From contig NOWV01000154.1 in NCBI GenBank assembly GCA_003344405.1, positions 62,001 through 126,000 on the forward strand: a stretch of 64,000 bases of DNA. The letters are read 5' to 3'. The notes under the pieces are model-generated. The model worked only from the letters and a program-made list of their open reading frames with translations, had not been told where the DNA came from and did not search any database. The stretch is from Trichoplax sp. H2. Lineage: Eukaryota. Shown here in pieces: positions 40,352 through 55,300 of the stretch. Each line of letters starts with the position of its first letter. Within the stretch, counting starts at the first letter, position 1. The translations under genes and the position numbers were made by a program.

Positions 40352-43300
40352 CTATTGACATGTTACACAGCCGAAAAGAAGATAGCGCACTTTAAGCTCA
40401 ATGGTTGATGTAAACGTACTATATGAAAGTAGGAAAATTGCAAGACATGGCCTCGCAGACTTACGTTTCCACCAACTGAGGTGGACCATAAAAGGATTTT
40501 CGGGATACATAGGCTAATAGATTCCCTCGTAAATCGCTAAAGATGGGAGAAATACGCAATTTTTAATTTTCGCTTTCATGTAAAGTGACCACACATAAAG
40601 TTTGTAATATAGCAATACAATAGCATAGTCTTCGAAATAGCTCAAAATTTATCTGATAAGGACGGCTTTAAATATCGGGTGGATAAATTGAACTGGTACA
40701 AACAATGGATTTGTAGTAAATTACTATATTTGTAGCCTACATGAAAAGATTTGAAAGATTTAATGTGTAATGATAAACAACGGTATTTGGCTATGCGATA
40801 AAGTGATCTTCAAAACAATAAATCAAGAACTACAGTTTCTTGCAAATTTCACTTTATTACAGAAGTTAGGTTCGTCTAACTACCAAGGACTATCTGACTA
40901 TCTGATAATCTACTTATTACAGCAAAATTCACGATTTATATACGATTAGTTACAGAATGCTTTTAAGTTTATAACTTCTAAGCGTAACGAACGGATCAAT
41001 ATTGCAATATTAGATAATCAGGTTATAAGAGAGAAGAATGTTTAACAGGTGTGATCATACTGTATTTAAGTAATCTTCACATAAAAAAATGTTGCATTGC
41101 GATATATCTCTTGTCGCATAAACTAAAATTATCTGTACGTACACGATAACAATGATGCGTCAATTCAATTATGATTACCAGGAAGTATACAAATTTGTAT
41201 TTCCTCTCTGACTACATCGTATATCTTAAAAATTCAGATTAGTAACAATAGAGTCATTACTTTTCACCCTTTGTAACTCCTAACACTTACAGTTTTTGCA
41301 ATCTTGATAAACCTTTAAAGCATCTTTCCTGCAGCGTTTCAATTTTGTTTCTGCTTGCATCGCTTTATCATCAATTACGATTTTTATTAGTTATAGTCAA
41401 CAAGCTTAACAACTAATTAACAACAACTGAACTAAATTTGCAAATACGTGTTAACACTAAACATACTCAAGTTTCAGACTTACATCAAATTTATGTTCGG
41501 AAATAGTTCAACTATGTCCAAATTTGGCCTACATAATCCTTCAACCTTGTTATTCGATATATTACTGATTCATTTAGACATAAGTATTAGTACATTGATT
41601 ATATTATGCTTAAATTAATAAACTTTATTTGCATTAAACTATTTTGCAGCGATAATCTTGTTAAGAAACAAGTCCAATACATTACGGTATTATTCTATGA
41701 GAATAAAGATCATAACAGAATATTTCGAAAATCATACTTACAGTTTTTCCATATTTTTAAATCGAATTGTTAGTGTAGATTTTATCTTTTTTAGGCTATT
41801 TTTTGCAATATTTCTAAAAGAAATATCGAAATTTTATTAAATACAATATCTGTTTTCTCTAATAAACAGTCTCTTTTTGCTGTTAGATGATACGACACAA
41901 TACTTACAATTCTACTAATTCATTCAAATCATTCAAAGAGACGTCAACCATATCAAATTCATGTATGTTGTTATCATTTAATGATCTATTATTTAGAAAA
42001 GACATCAATTTAAGTAATTATATAAATATATCAGTTTGCTTGCACCAACGATTCTATCTTTAGAGCACTACATTAAATTTAATCTAAAATAAATTATACT
42101 ATGATATGATCACGGTAAATTTTATTGTAACATCAAGTTATTAAAATAACACACTTACAAAATTTTAAGTTTGTAAAACACGGTAAAGGCCTTTCCAGGA
42201 ATAGTGGATATATTGCATTTACTTAAATTACTATAAAAATTTTTTTAATTTAGAAAAAAAAGCTGATTATAAACCTTGCAAATCAGACATTATATTCAGT
42301 TTAGTTAAATTTCGATAATTCTTTAAAAAATTTATGCCAGAAAGTTCTGTGCTTAAAGCTGAATTTCTGTTCACTTTCTTGTCCTTAAACTACCAAGATT
42401 AAGTTATGATTGCTTAAAATTTAAATATAGTTAGGCGTATACAATGCCTAAATTACACCTTTCGATAATTTATTTCTATTATTAAATTGCGAATATCCCA
42501 CTACGTGATAAGATTTGTCTAGAATTTAATGTCAACTACGAATTCAGTATGGATTTACCATACTACATATCATTTTATAGTCAACTATATAACGGATGGT
42601 AAACTAGATATATTGCAACAAACATAGGCAATATCAGTTATAGATCCTCTTAAATGTACCCGTCCTCTGCCGTCCGACTCAGCTCAACAAGATACTCTAA
42701 GTAGAGGATCGTTAACCGAAGTCATAATTGCTTTTATTGGCTTTAAAACTCTCTTAAATTAGTTCAATACTTTTACGTGAAATAAGTAAATATAAAATCA
42801 GCATCTGTAATTTTACGCTGTCCAACTGTTATCAGTATCCAATACAGTATTATGCATATTGCATAAGGAAACACCGTATTTACATGCTACGGTCAAGACA
42901 GCTCATTATTACTTCGCTTACTTACATTCCGATAAGAAACGGCCCAACACGTTCGTATAAATCATCGATGAAGGTGTCCAATACTATTGGATTATCGCTT
43001 ACATCTCTATTTGCTCAAAAAAGTTCCGAAATCGATCTCAAATTCTTCTTAAGTAATATATTTTATAAAGTTAATAGCTCTATGCATAATACTTATAAGC
43101 TCGTCTACTGTAAATAACAATATTTAAGATTCTAGACTGAATTATCGGGTTAATGTTTTATCACCTGACATATTCATCACAGTGCATAGATGTAACTTAG
43201 ACATTCATAATGTAAGGGAAGTATTTAATAGTTCATAATGAAAAGTTTTCCCAGTAAAAGATTTATAAAGAGGATCTATTGGCATACGTACAACTTCAAG

Positions 43301-46300
43301 TTAATTATAGCTGCCATTCCCTTCGTTATTCCGACCCAGTTATTACCTGCCAATTTCCTAAAAGCAATCGACAAGTTCACTACATATAAGATAATTCTTT
43401 ATAAGTTTAGCTATTACAGCTAAGATAATGTTTTTGAATAACTCTCTTCTAAATAAGTAGCAGTCTTATTTTAAGATCTAATTGTCACCTAAATAAGCAG
43501 TATACTTACAAGTCGTTAACTAAGTTTAATTTATCGAGAAAGCCTTTCTGTATTTCTATCCCATTTGCAGTCAAATTAGTATAACTCATGTCACTAACAA
43601 ATACAAAAATAGCTATGTCAGTACTAGATTCAGTTAAACAAATCATTTTCAAATTATGTTCACGATAAACTTCAAGCATCTACCTACATTTTCTTGATTT
43701 GATAGAATAAACGATCACAATTAGGATCGAATTTTTTTATATTGTTGTTTGCTAAAATTCTTAAAAGGTATGATACAGGCTTTTTTAATATGTAATATTC
43801 TATTAATGTCAAACACAGTATTCAGAGTAAATATTTTAAAAATAGCCGTCAGAGTATTTAGTATTGATAAATAAGAATAGTTAAATGAGGATATCACTTA
43901 CAAAGATCTCAATACGGGAGGTAATCCCGAGCAATTTAGGTATTTTATATCGTTTCGTGCTAAATTTCTATAATTACATTGAATGTAAGAATCAATTAAG
44001 AAAAATTTATAGATTATATCTAATAAAGATTAATTATATTTTAACATCATTTAATCTGCCATTACGATATAGGCAATTTTACTCAAAATCTTATAAAATA
44101 TCCAAGTAAGTGATTTTGGTTTTATAATATTATACGAACGTAAGTTTAATACAAACAGAGTAGCCATTAAATCACTGCTTAAAAGGTTACGTAAATCTAT
44201 TACAACCAACAAGAGAATGCACTAATAATACATTAACTCTTTCATAGGTTTCGTTCGTATATTAATGAAATTGATGCCTCTAGCAGGAAAAGGAATTGCA
44301 GCTGCTGTTTATAGCAGTAACGCTTATTTCTGATAATTACAAAGATATCAATATCATTATACGTGCATCTACGAATACTTTACCCATAACTTATCGCCTT
44401 TTGAAAAATCTACGATATCAAGATTTTATTTGATATATATATATAGATTTTGTTTGGTTACAATTGTTAAAATGAATTAAAAATATGGACATAATTTTTG
44501 CTACTTTCACTCACAGCTTTTCTAGGAATGTTAACCCCAAATCATCTTGCTCAGATAGTGTTATAGCGTTATCACTTAAATCGCTAAGTAAATTCAGTAT
44601 ATTCAGCTAAGACAATCTTTTCAATAATTACTTTTATTAATATAAAGTAATAATGTAATATGTCATCCTTACAGAATTCTTAAGTTTTTATATGAAGAAA
44701 AGGTTTTGTTTTCTACTTGCGCAATTCCGTTATGACTTAAATACCTAAAATTAAGCTATTTAGTTTTGCAGGACCTTATACTAAAACTGAACAAGTATTA
44801 TTTCCGAAAGCCTAAAATTGTTTAAGACGTATATTCATATTACTTACAATTCGCCAAGATAGGAAAGTTTGACATTAAAAGTCTTGCTAACATTTCTAAT
44901 ATTATTAGAATTCAAGTTTCTTGTATTTCAAGTTAATGCAACAGAGTTGATAAATATAAAAAAATAATCTTCTATTAGATCAAACATTCGAAAATAATGA
45001 AGTTGCCTATATAAAATTCTTATAGGGTAAGAAATAATGACAACTTGGCTATTAATAAAGGAAAGAACAGTTTTACAGTATCCGTAAGTCTTGTAATCCT
45101 TCCAAAATAGAATTAATATCAGAGATATGGTTATTTTGCAAGTATCTAAAATAAGTATAATTCATGTCTTAATGCTATTTCGTAAAATAACCATATTACA
45201 ACTTGCTACGATTATCAGTCTTACAAAGAATTTAACTTTGTATTCATGAAATAATTTTCACTAAGAACTCCAATCCTGTTTGAGTCCAGGTGTCTTTTAA
45301 GGAAAATATTGTAATAATTATGAAAGCGCATAAGTAAATATTCTATGCATGCCTTTCATTTTATATCATGTACTAAACAAGAATAGATCAATAAATGTTA
45401 AAAAGTGCATACAAATGGAGTTAAATGAAGTAAATGAAATAGTTTGCTCATCTGCAAAAAACAAACAAATACAGTAATTCATAACCATAGATTCGTTTAA
45501 TAATTACTACTATTTATGATTACAATCATCAGGTGTTTTTCACTATCAATTATTTACTTACAATTCTTTGAGCTGGGTTAAGTTTATGAAATCTTGTGTG
45601 CTTATTGTCGTGATAAGATTGAACGTAAGAGATCTGGACATTAGAGAAGACACAATTTAGCATTTCAGAAGCATAAAGGCTAGTAAAATACTTTCTTTGT
45701 AAATTAATCTTGTTTCTATGCAGTAATAGCTGCCCGATAAGTGGATTTAATGCAAAGACCTAACGAAGCAGTTATAATCGTGATACAGAGATTTTAATCT
45801 AGATGATGGATATAATTCGAGTTTAGATCTTACTTACTCAGTTAGTGTACTGTTATTCTTAACAATAGCACTATCTACTTATATTTAAATGCAGAAGATT
45901 TAAGAGTTGCTATCAAAAAGCTCAATGAAACATGATAGTCAACGTCTATATAGCATAGATTAAATTTTATGATTTGACAATTCATGCTTTACTAAATAAT
46001 GATCGTAATGTTTGTAAGAATAACAGAATTCAGCACCTATAAAGAAAATAATATCTTATGGTGTCACGGTACGAACTACCGTGAAGAGTTAAATGACTAA
46101 ACTTCGTGAATTAATATTTATATATGGAGATAACTATTAATGGCTTACAGTAAGAACCACGGCAGTTATTATTTTGTTACAGTAACTTATGCTGTACTGA
46201 AGTAAGAGTTCTTATATAGCAACTGATGTGAATTGATTATAGTGCTATGTCTTGTAACGCATGTGATTAATATCCTGAAAATATTCACTTATAGGTGATA

Positions 46301-49300
46301 CCATAAATAATTCCGTGAAAGGACATACGGTAGTCTATATATTTAGAGTCATTCAGTACATGTGTACGATTATGAATATCTCTGTATCAATTTAACTATT
46401 CAATATAAACTAAATTTCATAATCTTATGATGGCTCATTCATGATAGCTGTTGCCGAAGGGTATTTAAGCTCGGCAGATAGCTGCATAAAATAGGAATTC
46501 TCTAGTTGTTTAATCTATAAGGAAAGATATGTAAGTGCTTGAGAAATAGCTAAGGGATACTGAATCCCGGAGACTTTAGTAATTTAGAGATTTGTTTTGC
46601 GTTATCCCTGTCACGAAGCTAGTTTGTGAAATATGGTAATAATTTCTAGTTCTTCACTATTGCCATACATTCAAGATGAAGAAAAGAGTTAAATTCATTG
46701 GGATACACATGCCGTACGTGAATACACATATGTGTGTAGTTTACAACCACAGCTTTCAGCTCATAAACATACAAAACAACAAGTTGTGACAGCGGTCTTA
46801 TAAAATCTAGCTTCTGTAACTGGTTCTTTAGCAAGAATCTGCAAAATATGAGCAATAAAATAGATAATTGGAACGCAGTAAGCGTACAAAAGCTACCGCA
46901 TTTATATTATATAGTAAACAGAGAAATAATTAGCTCGATTAGGATATTTATAGAGTATCTAAACTACATAGTACGCTATTTGTATTTCCGTTATTCCTAG
47001 GAAGATTAATATTTTTTGTACTTACAGTGACTGTAACTTTGAAAATGGTCTCAGGGCATCAATATGGATGTAATTTAGAGTATTTGAAGAGATATTCCTG
47101 TAGAAATTGAACAGATTCTAGTTAAAACAATTTACCTAAAATTATGTGTGCATCGTATCAATATTACAATTAAGTAAGGACAAGAAATCTGATATTTAAC
47201 ATAAAGGAGAATTTGACCCACTGTAAGAAAAAAATTATATTTTATTAAATGCCCTTACATTAATTTTATAGATGATAAACCCCCAGTAAGATTTGTATCT
47301 ACCTTTAACTCAAAATCTTAGCCAAATTAAAAGTATCGTAAAACAATTTGGCGAATTTTATAGTGATAACTTATATTTAGTCGATCTAGTGCCTGATTTT
47401 GAGTATCGTAATCCAATCGTATCAATTATGATAGGGAAATTCTTTTCTAATCTAGATTCATCATATAAACTACTGTTGCATGACGAATAAATTGGCTTTC
47501 TCTGTTACTATGTAATTGCACACAATAACATTATCACTTTAGCAGAATTGACTACAAAAAGCTACAAATTTATTTTTAACTTTTATCTGTACAGTATATT
47601 GTTAGGTAGCTCTTTACTGATATTTATATTTTAGGAGTTTAGGTCGAGTCAAACGGTTACCTCAGAAGTTACCCAAGAAATTATAAATCAAATAACCATT
47701 CATACTAGATACTGCATCAATGTTGAATACATATATATATATACTAGCTATTCTAAATGCACAATCATTCTTTTTATCTAATAGTAATTGCTTTAATCAG
47801 GTAGTAGATATTTATGCAATGTAGCATGCTTATTTAATTATTTTATCTTTCAATTACAGGCATTAAATTAGAATAGTTTTTCTTACATTACCATAAAACT
47901 GGTATGGAATATGTCTATGAAACTAGATTTATGCAACTTAGAAGATTATTAAATAGATACTCATGATTGACTAGAATCATAAGCACCTTATGAGACTCAT
48001 AACATATGCCATGCAAATATTATTAAATCGAAGGCGTGAATTTAATTCGTTAAGATAACTTGTGTTCTGTTCAAAGCAACACTAGATGATAACCATATTG
48101 CATCGCGAAGTAGCACAAATTATAGTTCTAAATTGACCTCGGAAAACATGTATCAGCGTGTACTATGCACACAAATATTAGCAATGATCTGTCAGTAAGG
48201 AAGTAAATAATTGCGTAGCTATAATTTTGCGATATGGATGAAATACTTACATTGAAAGCATAGAATTGTAATTATTCATAAAGAATGAATCCTTAATATT
48301 TCTAATGCTATTATAACGATTGCCTGTTAAATCGCTAACATAATAAATAGATATTAATCAGTGAAAAGTAGTAAGAAATTTATTTGAAATTAAGTTTAAC
48401 TATAAGTAGCTATTATTTTGTTTCTCATGCTATCATCAGAATCATGCTTACAGATGGACTAAGTGATCCAGAGTAGAAAAGTTGAGTAGAGTTGATTCAT
48501 GCAGTTTGTTATAAGATAAATTGCTATTTCAAGCGAGATACCAAGCAAGATTATACAATATAAAAATAATTTTAACATAAGAATATTAATATTGATCAAA
48601 AATTACTATACTTGTTGCAATTTGATATTTTAAATCGATTACGACTGTCATTCTCAACTATAGTTATGAAGATATAACTAACAGCGTCCTGCAGTCTCCA
48701 AAGTCCAACCGTTTTATTTCCGATAGGAAATTATTGGCCAAATCTCTACGTTAGAATACCAAAAAGCAAAAGATTTTTCCATGAGCATATAGTAACATAT
48801 GGTAAACGATTGAAATCAGTTATAAACTCTATTAATGGTCAATTTGATCATTTAATAGATTTTTAATCTTTTCATCCTTTCTAAATTAGTGCCTGGTACA
48901 AGAATATATGTAATCAATATTGTTTACAACAATTGAAATTATAGTCTTTGCTGTATTACACTGTACCATGGCTAGGCCATAGTTATAATAGTTTGGATTA
49001 ATCAAAATTAGCGGTTGGCCTCAATTAATACTTAATTGTTATTTACTAATCCAGATATAGAGATTACTTATCTTAATAAACACTAGTACATTCTATTTTT
49101 GAAATTTGTTATATACTAATAATATCACTTTGTGTAGATAATTTCGATACTCATGACAAGATTACTTAAAGATTTAAATAATTTATATTTGCTCAATGAC
49201 GCGAATTCGTGGTAGAAAAAATTTTAAATAGGATACTAGCTTAAAATATTTCGCACTCACTAAATAATATTAAAAATTGTTTAAATTTTTACTTTATACC

Positions 49301-52300
49301 ACTGATCGCTAAGCTTTACAATTATGATTGTGTTACTAATACTATATTTTTTTATTCTATATATATATATTTTACGAGCTATATTGATATCCATATCATC
49401 CGTGGAACTTAGTTAAGACTTACATGTTCTTTATTACTACCGTATTCCTTCTTCGGTTAATCAATTTATGTCTTCCATCTAACTTCAGTGGATAAGATCT
49501 CGATACCCCTCTTGGCGGATACAAATAATCATTAGCGATAACTGTGGCGATAAATAACTTTAAATATAATGTAAAAATGTCGGTATGCTTTTAATTAGAC
49601 ATAGAATACGACAGCATCGTATATCACTGTATCATCTGATTAAATTATAAGTGAAAATTAATGCATACAAAAAATCCATAGATGGTACAGCAGGTAATTT
49701 AAATTCCTGAAAATTACTGATCGGATTACCGCTAAGCTGCCTAAAATTAAGCAAAGTAAGTTTATTTGCTTTAAATTTCGTTAACACAAGCTATCATTGA
49801 AAGTAAAAAGTTTAAAGAAATATTAAAATTGATGAACTATTAAATGCAGCCTAGTTACATAGTGAAAGATGCACAGGCAATACTTACAATAATTGTAATT
49901 TATTTAGACCAGAAAATGCATTAGCATCAATCGAAAATATTTCATTCGTTTGTAGGCGTCTACAAAAAGAATTTAACACTATTAGAGACCAGTATTTGAT
50001 TATATTAACATGCTACAGATCCTGTAATTCTTTATAATAATTGGAAGAAAAATTACGCTAAGCTGTAACGTTGATTCTATTACAATTATACTTATTTTAA
50101 TCTTATCAAGGAATATCAAGACTAAGTTATATTATTATACAATTTTATACTCATTATTCTTCGCTTAAAACTAACAAACACTGCTATGCACTGCCTACGA
50201 AATGCAGCTTGAGCTCTATATAATAGACAGTCCTACTATTTTTTAACAGAAACCTTCTTTTTAAATTTTGAATGTATTATTCTTTCAATCGGTATAAAAT
50301 CACTGACAGTGATATTCGCAAGCTATTAAATTTATAGCATTTAAATTAGCATTTTAACAACTAATGATTGTAAATCAGCTCAGGACAACTACTATGTGTA
50401 TTAAGATTTAGCTATCGTTATCTTACGTATATTACTTCATAATACAGATTTAAATCTACATTAGTAACCCTAACATAACCTATGAAATTAATGGCAATCA
50501 ACTCGCAGTCTCAAATTGTGCTTTGAAAATCACAGCATTATCTAGGTGAAGTTTGAGCCAGCTAATGCTTACAGTACTTTAAGATTTGAGAGATGTTGGA
50601 ACTGATAGGCGCTTAATGACCGAATTTCATTTTCATTTAAATTTCTAGCAATTTTAGTCATTTAAAACAAACAATTAATTATCAGAGAGATAAGCTTTAT
50701 CTACAAAATTCTAGCTTCTTAATGAATTTTACAATTCTTGAAGTTTGACCAACGGTAGGAAGACTATTGGATCTAGAATCGTCATATCGTTGTCTGCCAA
50801 ATCTCTACATGATATAATATTAGAAATAGCCCTATAATGCTGTATGTTGCTACTATTAGAATTCGACTTTATTAATAATTTTTAGTTGCATTTTTATACT
50901 ATCCATAACTGGGTACCTACAAGGTAGTAACGTTATATAGGTCTTTGAATGCGGTAGCTTTTATTATAGAGACGTTATTGAAGTTTAATTGCCTAATGAT
51001 GGAAAATTTGATGTAATATTCCAATTTTAAATATTCCCTTATGACATACTCGAAATCTTACTACGCTAATAATTTCTAGCGAATATCTATCATTTGAGTT
51101 CTTATTGTTAGCTTTTACTATGAAGATCTAAATATTTACAAATAACAGAATTACAGATTGAATAGGTTATAAAGACCCAAAAATTGATGGTTGTCCAATA
51201 CTTGCAATTGGGTATTAGTGATATTCCTGTTCAATATTAGAATGAAGGAAGTTACTAACTTACGAGAGTAATTGTAATTGGTAAATTATGTTCTTATTAT
51301 TCATAGCTTAATATCAGAATATTCAGAGTAAGACTATTAATTCTCTTCCTGACTGAAGTTTTAAGAAAAATTCATCCAGACAAGCGTAAAATTAATGTAA
51401 TGCCGAATTAAAGTTGCTAATGATTTGATACTTAAACTATAAACTGAGATAAATAAGATATTTAACAATGCGACTCACAAAGAGGTTGCCATGACCATCG
51501 ATTTAAATAGCTTAGGAGGAAGATTAAATATGTGGTTATTATTCATAACTCTAGAAAAAAGGAGGCATACTGATTAAACCAGCTGCTTTAAATGCAGAAA
51601 TAAGCTAACACGATAGTTTTCAAGGCCTTCCTTTACACCACAAATAAACTCTCGCCTTAAATATCTAAATCATTAATAAGATCTACTACTGTACTTCACA
51701 TTGAAATACTCGTAAATTCTTAATTAATAACTCTACGTTAATAATACTACTTATTTGATCATTATTATTATACGCACAGTGTTTTAATCTTAGACAATTG
51801 ATGGAAGGCTGTTGGTGCAATGAATCGGATAAAGTTACTATTTAAATACCTATATAATTTTAGATGGAAATTAATTAAGTTAATTATGTTATTTACGAGT
51901 AGTTATGATCATTAGATTCTTACAGTTTCTGTAAGTTGGGAGCGCACAGCGTTTTTGAATATATATGTGTCAAATTATTCCGATCTATTCGCCTAGTTGT
52001 TAAAATCAATGCTTTAATAAACACTTGAATTTTACTCTAACAGGCGATATCGGTTAGTTGCACAAATCATTTGTGTCAAGATTTTATGATTTTCGGAAAA
52101 AATAACTTCGCTGCCTTTCAATATAGAACTGTAGTGGCATAATCACTTATCATATCGAAATTAATTTACTTGTTCTTTTTTAATTTTTATCTGACCGTTA
52201 CCATACAATATATATAAGTAACGATAACATTATACTACTAAAGGGTTTAATATCAAATCCTATACAATATCTAATTATTTAGACAGCGAAGAAAAATACT

Positions 52301-55300
52301 TTATGACTCCTTGGATAAGTTTTATTGCAAGTATTTGGCCTGATCTAGATAAGTTATAATAATTGCTATTTAAGATATTTATGGACTAAGGTTATCTAAT
52401 AATTACATCATGCTGACGTTTTTAATATTACTAAATCATGTAATATCACAAACATTAAGTTTTCAGTATTTAAAAGTAATCAGATAGCAGCATAATTTGC
52501 CTGTTTTAATAGATATAAATTAAAATTGAAATACGAAGCCAATGGTAAGACTAAGAGCGACAAAGACTTACAGTATCTTCAATCGATCAAGGCCGCAAAG
52601 TGTATTATTTTCTATCGTTTGTATCCTATTTATAGAAGCACTTCTACATAAAAGCAAACAATATCAAGTTACTTTGATGATAACGGTTTATTTAACTACA
52701 AAAACCTGATATGTACAGTTTTGTAAATATAAGTAACTATAACGGTCAGGTAAAATTAGATGAGCGTATAATATTTAGTGTTAATATATAAATGTTCTAT
52801 AACTTTTAACATGGATGCATAAGAATTTACCATGTCGAATACCCTAGCCTAGATGATAGACTTAAATATAACTAGTGAAGTTCATGTATCATGATGTCTG
52901 TTGTGTTATTATTGGAAGAACATAAACACAAGCTGCGTAATAAAAACATCTAAGTCAAAAATTACTCCCTGGGTAAGTAATGTATTAAAATAATAATATA
53001 GATTTACAGTTCTATTTACATTGAGTACACCGAGTCTGCTTACGCACATAAATGGTGTTACAAATACGTTAGGATAGTAATCTGTAGACGCAAAAACAAA
53101 ATTCATACAAGATTTTTTTGTATTACGCAAATGTCGTATTGCATGCTTATGCATTCATAACCTAATAATCTTGAAAACTAGACACAGGTCATAATTCATT
53201 ATTATTATAGACGAATAAATCATATATTATAGTTAGTAATGGATTATTTCTCGATCTGATGCGATGATAAACATAGCGTAGCTAGAAAGTAAATAATAGG
53301 TTTTAATTTTTGTCTAGTAAAATATACGTACAATTCCATCAGATTTGTTAAGCAATCAATGTGACCAGGTTTTAAGCTCTCCAAATTATTACCTGTGACG
53401 GACCTATAATGTATATAGTTAAGACAGTCATGAAAATTTTCTTTTAAGTATTCTAAATTTTAGCTTTAATACACCAATTCTTTAAAGCTAACACACTATA
53501 CACAATTTTATAATTATACCCTTGCAAATATTAGAAAAGAATGATTGTGCTAATAAAACAAATGTAACATTAGCGAGATTAACTAACTTAAATAGTTGTT
53601 GACCTTAATATAGGAGATCCTATATTAGTAGAGACATCTTATCTATCGTGATGATTATAATAGTGTTATCGACTAAAAGTATGTGAACAATGTAATTAGT
53701 TGCAATCTATGCTGCATTTGGAATGATAATGATTATATAAGGCACGATGGTATTAGGAGAAGCTCCTACTGTATTAATTTGGAAGCAAAAGCAAATCGTA
53801 AGGTGGCAGATGATGTTTTGCTAGTTGCATATAAAGCGAGGTCTTTCTGTAAACAGTTATTACTTATCCTCCGTTAAGGTTAGACTCCCAATAAGTTGTA
53901 ATTACAGCTGTTACCAATTACTGACGTTTTCATTAGATTTGAATTTCATTACAATAAAATATATGAAACTAATTACGTTTCGATTTATGACAAATATATA
54001 TAATCCTTACTGGATTTACGAATTAAATTACGAAACACAATCTTTAGTAAAATAATACTTTTAGATTTAGTCTTGTAAAATATAAATCTCTTTCATTTAA
54101 TTAATTGCGATAAGCTAATGTTAGAATAACAATTATTTAATTAGCGCACAATATATTAAATTTTTACAGACTGTTCAAGTCTGCTATAAGCATCCTTCAT
54201 AGCTTACTTACAATACTTTAAGATTCTTTAATTTACAAAATGAACCACTTTCAATAGTCCTGATTGCATTTCCAGCAAGCTGTCTAAAATCGAATAATTT
54301 GAATATGTTTCATATTTAATTAAATACAAAGACACCTTTTCTAGAACAATATCACGTTGCTGAAGTGTTAAAAGTCGAGAATAATTTCCTGTCCTTAGTT
54401 TTAGATATTGTCAGTGTTACAACATACAATTCTTGGAGATTAGCAAGATTAGCAAAATTGTTCGGCTGTATCCTTGATAACTTATTGTCTGAAAAATCGC
54501 TAATGATTTGAAGTAATTAAAAATATAAATTCGCTTAACATCTGTAAATGAAAAGCATTTTTTAAATATTAGTTAACATTTACTTTACTATCAATTGCCT
54601 GAATTATCACACTATTTACGATAAGATTATAAAGTTTAATTTTATTTTACTACACGCACAGTGATTGTAGTTTGATTGTCGGCTTGAAGGCATTGTCGTC
54701 AATCTCAGTAATTTCATTAGCTTCATAAGATCTGGCATAAATACCAACGGTATTTGCGAATGACTCGAAATTATGCAATGTTTGGTTATAAAGAATTCAA
54801 ATGCTGGTTGTACAGCCAGAGAGCACATTATGACCATATTTATTGATTAAGTAAATTTCAATGATTCATTTATATTTTGTAAAGGTAGAAATCTTCGAAA
54901 TCTTATTTACACGCGTTTATATGACTCTGCAGTAGCCCTGTACATTGTACAATTGTACATGCACAATTTCACGCGCTAGCTAAGTCAATTTATCAAAAAT
55001 ACTACTAGTATTCAGTACCAATGTGTTGAATGATTGAAAAATTAATATAACATGGTATAGATAGGCCATGCTATGAGAACGTAAACTTTGTAATTACTGT
55101 AATATAGCATTAGACATGACTTTAAATTCTCTTACATTCCAATTAGATGAGAAAGGCATGTAAGGCTTCCATTAGAAACTTTAAATAGTTTATTGCCACT
55201 TATAGACCTATAGAAAAATATGAAATTATTGTAATTCCAATGTTCTAATGATAAACTATGTTGTTAAAATGCAACTGACTTAATACGGAATACCGTTTTA

